DNA of 64,000 nucleotides, from assembly GCA_000934665.2 (NCBI GenBank), contig KZ538017.1, positions 62,001-126,000 of the forward strand, given 5' to 3'. This stretch comes from Catajapyx aquilonaris. Its lineage: Eukaryota. The stretch's first letter is position 1, and each line of letters opens with the position of its first letter. The notes beneath the pieces were generated by a model, which ran no database searches, was not told the origin of the DNA, and saw only the letters and a list, made by a program, of their open reading frames with translations. The position numbers and the translations under genes are program-made. This document shows positions 10,953-20,924 of this stretch, piece after piece.

Positions 10953-13900
10953 TTATGACTTAGTGCACGGAGGGGAAACCATGTCCCTGTGGACAGTGAC
11001 TGGACACTCCAGCTGCTGTCCCCCTTGGATGTCCGACTGATCTGGTGGGACATCGGCTGGTCCCACCCGTCTGCTGTCCCGTTTGAACGCCCTCCTCAGG
11101 GTGTCCAGACCGGTCCGTTTCTTGTCCACTTCCTGCATCTCCGCAACCAGAACCTAACACAAATCTCGATTAGTTGCAAAAATGACCAAACAACATACGG
11201 CTGACCTCTTGGTCGTTTTCCTCCTCAGTTTCTTGCAACGATTGTGTCCAGCTTCTTCGGCTCCGGACGTCCGGTGCGGACAATGTCGAGGCTGGTCCTG
11301 ACGGTCCGCTGCTGACGTCGTTGGACAATCTGGAGCCCATTTGGACGTACCGAGAGGTCATAGAGTCAGAGCCCACCATCTTGTTTAAGAGAGAACAATA
11401 TTTTTGCCGTCACATAGCCGTCGTTACGTAGACGTTACGTACCTTGATGACAGCCTGGAGTAACTTAGGTGTACCAGGCCTACTTCTGATGACCACGTTG
11501 GCCTCTGCATCGTCTTCTGCTTCTTCCTTGGCCTTGTTCGCAGCATCACGCTCCTTCTGAAGCCTAATCAATTTCCTGCAGAAACAACAGCGAAAGTACA
11601 GCTTTCACAAGCAATTATACATGGGTCTGCAGTATCGATACAAAATTTAAGGAGAAAATGTCCCATATATTGTTGTTATCGTTCACCTTGCTTTCACACA
11701 CTACCATACATATTTTCATTTATTGTCAATTAGAAGTACGCTATATTTTATTTATTTTTATTTTATTTACCCCGTGGTAGAGCACTGCTCTTTTCGGGGG
11801 GGGGGGGTATGTAGTAGTATGCTATATACTGTAGCCTATATGAGGTGATAATAAATCGACCGGACCTGGCCTTTTTCTCCAGTAGTTTCTGAGCTTCCGG
11901 GTAGTCCTTGGTGGTCTCGTACAGATCGGTTTTGCTGAGAACGAAGAGGTTGGTGAATCCCTTCGACCTGGATGGATTAATAATCGTGCCAAATTAGCAA
12001 ATTCCTGGGGAATGGGGGGTTAAGTAGCTGGCGTTTTCTCCCTTGCAAATTTGATCCAGATCGAGCCAGACCCAGATCTGACTTTTCAATTTCCCCACCC
12101 CAAAAAGCGGCTAATTAATTCCCATCCTCTCGGCCCCCGAACGGTTTTCACCCAACTTCCACAGAGATCATACTCCCTTTTTAAGAAGAAAAAAAAGAAG
12201 TCGTGGAGCGATTCCAGATAATGTACAGGGTGTCCCGGTTGTTAACCCATCTTCCGGAAAGAGTAAGGTCATGGCATCTGGAGAAGCCAAGGAACTTCCA
12301 TAATTAATGTCATTAAACGTCAAACCCTCTGCCTTTTGCCAGCGGAATTGCCGCTAATTGCAGAGGAGGGCAATAGATTATAGCGCAGGAAGTTCAGCGC
12401 TACAGTTATCGTGATTTCTGTTTATTTGGCGCAAAAAAAAACGTGCCTGACGTCAGCAGTCCGGCGGTTCCCTCCGCCAATGGCCAGCAGGCTTATCTCC
12501 CCGAAGACGCTGCCCTCTGTCAGCTGGGCCAGCACAATGCTTCCGTCTGGTCCTCCGACAACCTCCAGGATACCCATCTTCACGATGTACATCTCCTTCC
12601 CAACCTCTCCCTGTAAAGCACGGGGAACAAAACCACTCGCGCCATCTACCCGCCAACTTCCTAAACTAACAGAAGCGCTCCCTTAGTATAGATGCGCGGA
12701 TTAGTCACCTTCTTGCATATGAAGTCTCCTGGAAGGAACGTGACTGGCTCCAGCTTCAGGACCAGGTCGCGGATCATCCCTTGCTCGCAGTCCTGGAACA
12801 GCTGGACTTTGGACAGGGTGTCCACGTGCACGCTCAGGGCCACGTCCTGATGCAGCTTCCGGGGAAGGAGGTTCAGAATCGCGTTTTCGTCTGGAAACGG
12901 CGATCATTGTTGTGCCGATTATAGTTAACACGGAGGGTGACATACCCACTGCCGTCAGATGTGAGAAGACCGTAACTCAATGTCCACTTCCCCTTGCGGC
13001 GAGAAAAAAAGTAGTGGTACCAAAAGCACCCAACAGGTGGAGTTGGGGTGCCGTTCCTTTTCCCCCCTTCCCCCAACGCCACCTCTTGGATGCTTTCGGT
13101 AACACTTGCTTTCTTTTCTCGCCGCAAGGGAAGTGGATATTGAGTTACGGTCCTCTCACATCTGACGGCAGCCCACCGAGGGTCTTGTGCTGCTGCCAGG
13201 TGTAGGTGAACCAGGTCTTGACCTTATCCTGGAGGTCGTGGGGCACATGAAGGCGCTCCAGGTAACCGATTGTCTGGTACAGTACGGCACGGTACTCGGT
13301 CTGGGAACGAGCAGCGGTCGCCACGATGTCCCGAATCTGTCCGGTGGGGGGGGGGGGGGGGNGGGGGGGGGGGTGTCATACGCTCCGTAATAATTATTGA
13401 ATTCGCGTGTACTCACCTGCCCTAGCAGTATCGCAAACCCAAAGACACCGAGGAGCCAACTGATGGTCATGAAGACGTACTCGGGTTCGTTCTCGGGCTT
13501 CGGATTCTTGCCGATTGATGTGGCCGTCTTTGTCGCAAAGTACACGCATCGGATGTACCTGCCAGACACAAAAGGTGTACGATTTGAGCCTCAGTCGAGT
13601 GATCGAGGAGCTGCGTGGCACATGTGACGTACGCGTGTCCCTGTCCATCGAATGTCCATCCGTTGGACCCGATGCCTTCCCATGTTGAGAATCCGTAGTA
13701 CGCACACGCGTTGAGGTGTATCATGTACAGCATGTACAGGACAGTCCTCACAATGCGGACACCGAACGGTACCGCCGCAACCTTGTCGAACCGGTCGTAA
13801 AACTCCCAGTACGTATGAATCTGTAAGGATTGAACAATTAGATCTGGGATTATACGTCAGTATATAAACCGCCAGAAAACCTTGCAAATCCGGGGCAGTC

Positions 13901-16386
13901 TCAGGAGCGGATCGACTCGACCCAGTTGCAAGTAGAAGAGGTCAAGGGGCAGCAGGGACACCAGATCCATCTGAAATTTTGTTTAGAGAGTGGACCCATC
14001 AGTCAACAATAAGGGTGCCTCAATTTGGCCTTAGCTACAAATCACGATAACTGTAGCGCTGGTGGATCAGACCTTGAACTGCATCATGCTGAAGTAGTGT
14101 CTCCGGGTGACCTTTGGGTCGGATATCCACGACCCGGAAGGGCTGAGGAACTTGATCCGATGCTTGAAGTAGAGGACGTCCAGTAGGTAGACAGCGTCGC
14201 AGAAGTAGTCCAGACACAGCCAGACGCGCAAGTTGTCCGGAGTCTGGTAGGGAAACACCCTCCGGAACGGTATGGCCCAACAGTTGTACAGGAAGCACAC
14301 GGCGGTCAGGAACAGCCAGGAGATGTACACGTAGCCTGAAAAAGATCCGGTTATTTCCAACCCTGCGGAAAATTGTCCCACGTAGTACCATATCCCTCAC
14401 GTAGATGACACGCGAGATCAGGGAGCATATATTACATAAGAGGCGCAAACATTCAATTTTCGCGTCTCTCTATTTGGGGCGTTGCCAAGGCTGGCGGCCA
14501 TTTTGAAGTGTGTGCAACGCCAACGAGGTATAAATAGGGCACAGGCAAAAATAGGGTCCGCCATCTTTGATTCGCGCGTGTTCTTGCCGTGTAGTTGCCA
14601 TGGCAGCCAAAACCATCAAAGATGGCGGACCCTATTTTTGCCTGTGCCCCATATTTATACCTCGTTGGCGTCGCACACACTTCAAAATGGCCCCCAACTT
14701 GGCAACAGCCCCAAACAGGGAGACGCGAACATCAAAGGCGCCGACAGAAGTTTGCGCCTCTTATGTAGCATATGCTCCCTGGCGAGATGATGACTCATTC
14801 CGGACTGACAGAGGCACAACAAGCCAATTCTATAATTACTGTTTGGTTCCAGGACTCTCCAGGCGCACCGCTTGACCACTAGTTTCTTGACCTTGACCCA
14901 GGCGGAGTCACCTTCCTGCCACCAGCCCAGGCTGGAGGAGCTGCCTTCCGGTGACTTTGGTATCAGGGAACTCAGTCGGTGACGTAGAGGGGGAGGGTCC
15001 ACCTGGCCACCTGTTGAAAGGTCATGGAGGTCAACATCGTGTCACGTCATACACACTCACAATAGTGAAGCTCAAAATAGCCTCCTGGGGAAAGATGGCC
15101 TGTCTTGGAGGCTATTTTGAGCTTCACTTTTGTGCACACCTTGTTGGCTACTTCCGGTAGACGGCGTTGGGGGTTGCGCGATCCTGTCTTTGATTCGTTG
15201 TGCTCTGGCGGAAAAAGCAGCCACCAGAGTGCGCATGCGGTTCTGCAGAAGGGCGCTGCTACTGCTGCCAACACTGAAAAAAATAAACACTCGTTAAAAC
15301 AAATGGTGCACACTGGTCTTTCGGTCGTTTTGGGGTCTCCAACTGCAACGACACCGTTATGAACCCAACGCTGATCTGTGTATGGCCAAACCTGATGGCG
15401 CTGTCTTCACTGACGGCCGTCGACGAGCGACGACGACGCCACATCGTGCGTCGTGCTGCTGCCGAAAACGTCGTCGACACCCCGCTGGTGTCGTCCACCG
15501 AAATACTCGGCACCTGGTAACCCTCTTCGACTGACAGCCGCATCCGAAGTTCTGCAGAGAGGAATATCTCTATATGGTAAAGCGAACCCGGTCCACTTTC
15601 ACCAGCGACCGTCTGAACGCTTCCGTTTTAATACGACTCGGTTCTAGACCGGGTCCACGTTTCTGGCGACAGTGTGACCTTTCTTACGTGTGGGCGGACG
15701 CTCTTCGCTTTCGCTGCTGTTAGTGGACGTGTATCCTCCTGGTCCGGTGGTGTCGTGAGGCAACGGGCCTGAGCTGCTGGAAGGAGACGTGGCCAATCCA
15801 TCCTCGTTGCTGTGTTGGTAGGCCTGGTTGTCTACCCCGCAGGATAAGTTGGTTTCGACAAAGGACGAACCCTCGTCTGCTGATTGAAACGGGTTGCTTT
15901 CAGCGCTACACTGCCGTCAGATGTGAGAAGACCGTAACTCAATGTCCACTTCCCCTTGCGGCGAGAAAAAAAGCAGTGGTACCAAAAGCACCCAACAGGT
16001 GGAGTTGGGGTGCCGTTCCTTTTCCCCCCCTTCCCCCAACGCCACCTCTTGGATGCTTTCGGTAACACTTGCTTTCTTTTCTCGCCGCAAGGGAAGTGGA
16101 TATTGAGTTACGGTCCTCTCACATCTGACGGCAGTACAGTTATCGTGACTTGGGAGTCCCCCTCACCACCTGTGGTTCCGAAGAGTGAAGTCAGCTCGGC
16201 CTTGAAGGTGTTGTTGGTTGTCACCGAGTGGCGGAGCAGAGCTTCGGAGGCCAGCGAGGAGAGGGAGCTGCGAAGGGACTGCGCCGGTGTGGCTGCGCAT
16301 GAGATGTGCCAGGAGCGCTCGTCGTCGCTCGACGAGTCCTCTGGCGGTGCAGCGGACAACACTTCCCACCGCATACTGCTCCCCAT
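10953..16386 (-). CDS. CngB: Cyclic nucleotide-gated cation channel beta subunit (CngB/TAX-2/CNGB-like), about 891 aa, 16 coding exons
   Basis: Phase-consistent exons: 16386-16167, 15879-15688, 15551-15392, 15273-15140, 15010-14840, 14335-14073, 13970-13881, 13820-13633, 13558-13417, 13336-13177, 12890-12709, 12610-12447, 11967-11866, 11575-11443, 11379-11206, 11153-10953. Motifs: S1 [33 protein letters not shown]4 [10 protein letters not shown]; pore [16 protein letters not shown], which lacks the alpha-subunit pore Glu and is typical of invertebrate beta subunits; [39 protein letters not shown]; post-[12 protein letters not shown]. The start is uncertain: an acceptor near 16396 suggests further 5' exons. 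Confidence 0.93.
12949..13171. mobile_element. 223-bp MITE with CTGCCG termini and 4-bp TSD (CCCA), in CngB intron 10; Sola-like (tentative)
   Basis: About 58-bp TIRs starting CTGCCGTCAGATGTGAGA(A/G)GACCGTAACTCAAT(G/A)TCCACTTCCC. TSD CCCA at 12945-12948 and 13172-13175. The superfamily is inferred only from TSD length and termini. Confidence 0.9.
14419..14781. mobile_element. 363-bp palindromic MITE, CAGGGAGC family, copy 2, 7-bp TSD, in CngB intron 5
   Basis: TIRs CAGGGAGCATAT..TACATAAGAGGCGCAAAC / GTTTGCGCCTCTTATGTAGCATATGCTCCCTG plus long internal inverted arms. TSD GCGAGAT at 14412-14418 and 14782-14788. CAGGG ends with a 7-bp TSD suggest P- or hAT-like origin (inference). Confidence 0.9.
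15064..15128. repeat. Mini hairpin element (perfect 22-bp inverted repeat) in CngB intron 4
   Basis: AGTGAAGCTCAAAATAGCCTCC (15064-15085) / GGAGGCTATTTTGAGCTTCACT (15107-15128). A related copy lies at 43591-43814. Confidence 0.8.
15911..16134. mobile_element. 224-bp MITE with CTGCCG termini and 4-bp TSD (TACA), in CngB intron 1
   Basis: By eye differs from 12949-13171 by about one substitution and one C-run indel. TSD TACA at 15907-15910 and 16135-16138. Confidence 0.9.
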
Positions 16387-19300
16387 CTCCAACCCTGATA
16401 ATTAAAGTCTACTTTACGTTAATAACACGAGTCAACGCCATGTCTGACCTGCACTAGCCGTCTTGAGACACTGGACTCTCCAAAAGCCTGGCAACGATTG
16501 ATCTGTTGTGGGTGGGTGGGTGGGTGGGACCGGATCCGTAATTGGTTCTCTTCCATATGGAAGATGGCCCTTTGAGGAAAGGCGGGGGGGAAAAGCTCTC
16601 AGATTGATTGCTGCGAAAGAGGAAACTTGGGTCTCTCGGGAGAGACGCTCTTTCCCACGCTCTCTCTTATCCATCAAAGAGCAATCAATTCAATTGCTCC
16701 GATTATAGGCAAATCACTTGCACAAAGAGAGGGCTAATAACCTAGCTCTCATTGGTACTAGATAAGTTAGGTTAGTCCATGTAGACATTAACGAGTGATT
16801 TCAATATATAATTAAGTGTAGGATGGGTATACTTACTAGGCGTGTAGTTTCGACTGTTGTGGCGGACAAGCAGCGAATGACCCGCTTCTGTTGCCGGTAC
16901 ACGGTACACATGCGTGGCTCCAAACTTGGTCCGATCGGTGCTGCCCTGCGACGTTTCAGCGTGCCACCAAAGACTTATCGGATTTTCCGGGAGCCGCAAT
17001 GTTGAGGCTCGCGACTAACAGATGGCGAGAACCGTGCAAAACCATGCTAAAATGTGCAAAATGACTGATGGATCTCGCGGAAAAAAGCTGACTAGGAACA
17101 AAGCGGACTTTTTATGCGAAAGACAAAGGCGGACGTAAACAGAACAAGCGGAGCAGAAAGTGATACAAAGAGGTTCAGACACTGCGCTGGGGATGAATAA
17201 TCGCCATCGGATTGATCAACACGGCTGATTAATGAGGGTCGTTTAACACGGACATTAAGACACCGGACACGAACTGTGACCAGTGTCCAGATTGTGTTGG
17301 CGACACTCGTCGAGAAGTACTGACAAAACGACACCACATTAGTGGACCGGTTCTCGAGTCCACTTCAGCATCTATACACGTTTACATTCCGGAGAGTTAA
17401 TGACGAGGATAATTACTACGAGCATGCAAACACTGTTGGAACAGAATAAGGAATGTTTAATTAGCAGTGTAATAAGACATGCAGTACTGTAATAAGCAAA
17501 AGTTGAGAGATCCCCCCTTGGGCTGTAATCTCCAACGGAATGAAGAGGAAAAGCACTTTGTACATTCAGCATTGATTTGCCAAAATGAACTGCGCTTTTG
17601 GGTAATTGCATCAGTCGCAATGCATATTTTTAACAGTTACTTTTTCAGCAGTTAGCATTAGGCCGAAATGATTAATTCGAGCTTTTCGTTGCAGCGATAC
17701 TTTTTCATGTTTCATTGAGCTCCATTGGGTGGAGTGAATGGGTAGAAATTTCGTGTGGGGTAGGGTAGGGGTGTGCTCTGGGCCAATGAGGCGCCTCTTC
17801 TCCCTTCCAACCCCCCCTTTTTCCACCCCCCTATGACGCTTGGCTAAAGTCTGTCTCCACCTTGAACTTGCCAGTTGAACCAGGCCAATCATCCACTGGC
17901 CAGGGGTGAGTACTAGCGATCATTCCTACATATATTCACGCCTGGACTAATTAGAGAGAAAAAAAACATTCACGCCGTCTGTTGTGCAATGAGCCATTTC
18001 GGCTTATTGTAAGCCAATTTGACAATTGCTAAGAGTTACTCAGCAAAATATATACTACGCAGAGCTAATCGAGCTCCTTTACCTTCACTTCATTATATAA
18101 GTGAAGGTGGTCATAAACGGAGGCAACTTTTTTGATGTCCAGCACACTGTAACCGTCAATTGCATCTGGCCGCAACTTTTTTTGGCATGTTGTAGTACAA
18201 AGATGGACCTACGGTATCTATAGTGAAAAGCAGACTCGAAGTAAACCTTTGGAGAAGTCGTCTCTCTCTGGAGGTTTCCTAATTGGGCGGAAAAAAAGGG
18301 AATGAAAAAGTCTGTCCAGCCAGATGCCCGGAGACATCCTGTGTGGGACCCTCAGTTTATCCGGATCCTGCTCTTTTTATTCTTCTTAAATCCGGAGTGG
18401 TCCGTTGCGGGTTGTTCTCTCCAGCAACCACGGTTAGTTAGCGCGCAATTTTTGGTGGCGTCACGCGCCTCGTTTTGACAGTGACATATTAGCAGTTCTT
18501 AATAGCAGTCTTCTGCTTCTGAAAGGATGTCGGGTTGGAAGTTTAAATGGCAGTGCAGGAGGATATCTTATGCCCGGGGTCCCTATATAGTTTTTTGGGG
18601 GGGAGGCTGCTGGGAATGGGGGGGAAGATGACAAAACTCGATTTTGGGAGCAGTGTTTCCCGCTGACATTCTGGCACGATTATTTGCTCTGTTGGGAAAT
18701 CTAGCTGCCTCTGACGTCACGGGGTAACATCTTGGCCCGACTTTGGAGAGGATAATTACCCAGAACCATTGTCTTTAAAGCCGAGGCTAGGTCCTTGAGC
18801 CAGTTTCGACCGAGTCACTAATTTGTCACGAATCAATGGAAACATGATCACATGTCGGATTGGAAGAAAGATCTGGCGTAATAGTTGTCACCAATTTATC
18901 CGTATGTTTGGTGATGTAATGTCACGAATCCGGAATTGCGAGTTTGACATCGTTTCCGACACGAATCCGCAACAGGCGGAAACCCCGGGCCGTAAAATGG
19001 ATCCGATTCTGTCGTGACTTTAAATCGTGTCGTGTGACGCTTAATCTCTTCATGAGCTCGATAAATGAATTGTATACTCGTGACATTAGAAGCATGTGTC
19101 AGGTGCTCGAAAGTTGGAACAATTTCGTCTGGAGTCTTTTCATATACGATATGCTGGTGATCCCTTTCATTTGAATCAGAGATGGCTGTGTGATGCTGCG
19201 ATGAATATTTCAACGATCTGCGCAGGTAAAGGGGCTTTTCGCGAATATTCTTCTGTGCAAATCCTATTCCACTCACCAGCCGACCTTTCCGATCAGAACC

Positions 19301-20924
19301 AATTTCACAGCCGCCTTTAATCCTCGAGAATTTGTGATGGTGAAAAACCTGGGGAATAAAGCCGTATCTGCTCGTATTGCAGGAATTTATTATGGAGGAA
19401 AATTTGCCAAATTCCTTCCCATTGCGAACTTTTTCTTTTTTTTTTAAAAAAAAAGATGCAGTGTGATCAGCGGATGTGCGAAACGTGATGGGATTTTAGG
19501 AGCGGGATTGTACGAAATCCCTTTCGAAATGGAATTCAACTTGAACTGAGCGACTTGTTCCAACCACAATTAGTTCATCATTCCGAGACAATAGCAACAA
19601 TTAGGCGTATGATCGACTGAACAAACATTTGCGTCTGCATGAGATTCGATTGTTCAGGCAACAATGCATCAACGCTCAGGTAATATTCGAGGCTGCTGCT
19701 GCTGCACGTTACGTAACTCAATTAAGTCTGCAAAATTTCAGTTCCGGAAGTACTTGGCTCGAAGCCTCTTTGCTCTGCCACCTGGAGCAAATACAAGTGA
19801 AACTTGAAGTTGGAAACGCCACACGTCCTGATTGAATTTGGCAAACTTCTGCACAACTTTTGGGGGGGATTTCCAGAAGGTTTTTTTTTGTTTGGCTGGC
19901 TGAAATCCGCCTTATTTAACCTATCACTTAAACCCAAGATTGGTCCTCCCGATCCTAATAGTGACAGTGTCGGATCCATGACATGCACAGCGCACCAGGC
20001 AAGTGCTTAGCAGGCCGCAATTCAAATCTCTCTAACTGAAATGGAATCTGATTAATGTGACAAAGCACCAGCTCGATCCCATTATGCTAATAGCTGGGCG
20101 AACTATGATCTAGGATTTGCTGTGCCTTCTACTCCATTATTATCTACTCTCTCGCCTTTCGCACACTGGGGCCCCTTCCAATTGCTGTGTATCTTCTCCT
20201 AGGGTTTGACGTCAAAGCTCGAGGGATTTACTACGGACTATATTTAACCGGATTATGCGCTCCGTGTGACGTGTCTACCTTTTCCCGGATTTTGGGTGCA
20301 TAAATTTTTTTTCGCACTACCTGACTTTTCGGCTGGCCATTTTTTTTTCACGGCCCTGTGACCGCAACATGCTCGCTTTTGAATATGGCAACCAGAAATT
20401 TTCATGGCTTGTACCCACGAAAAAAGTGCGCAAAATTGTGCTAAAAAGCATATTTTGAAATGTAATTTTTTCGCGATCGAAATGGGACATATGGAATGCA
20501 CTTGATATTGCAATGCGTTTCTCATGCAATCAGCGCAAAAAAACCAACAATGCGCGAGAGATTAGGGAAGAGCAATGCCTTCCACTTTATACGAGCGGCT
20601 CCGTTCATCTGGGTGATTCAAATTGCAAATTCTGCAAAACCGCGATAAGTCTCCGCCGAATTAAAAACTGTCATCGTGTGTCTCCTATAGCCATTTTTCT
20701 CTCCTCGTTTGCATAAACAAGGCCAGAGAGATATGCACAAAAAAAAACGGACAAAAATGTGTCTTGTTATGCAACAATATCGACTCGAAAAGGTGCGCAA
20801 TATTGCGCAAATTTTTCTGCACTCGATAGGAAGTTAGGACATGTTTGTACGTTGTCAGGTTTGTTACAGGTACGTCCAAGAAGAGTGACCATTTGACCTG
20901 GACTTTCCATGGATCGTGCGTACA

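Noticed and set aside
12393..12414. 20-nt motif as a REST/RE1 site
   Set aside because: Only the TTCAGC start resembles RE1; the GGACAG half-site is missing.
16432..16677. Upstream ORF as the true CngB N-terminus
   Set aside because: It can be spliced in frame (16459/16396), but there is no homology support, so the start is left unresolved.
18824..19088. Element with TGTCACGA...TCGTGACA ends (similar words near 34015 and 60514-60605)
   Set aside because: The inverted ends are only 8-11 bp and there is no TSD; probably an old relic that I cannot delimit.
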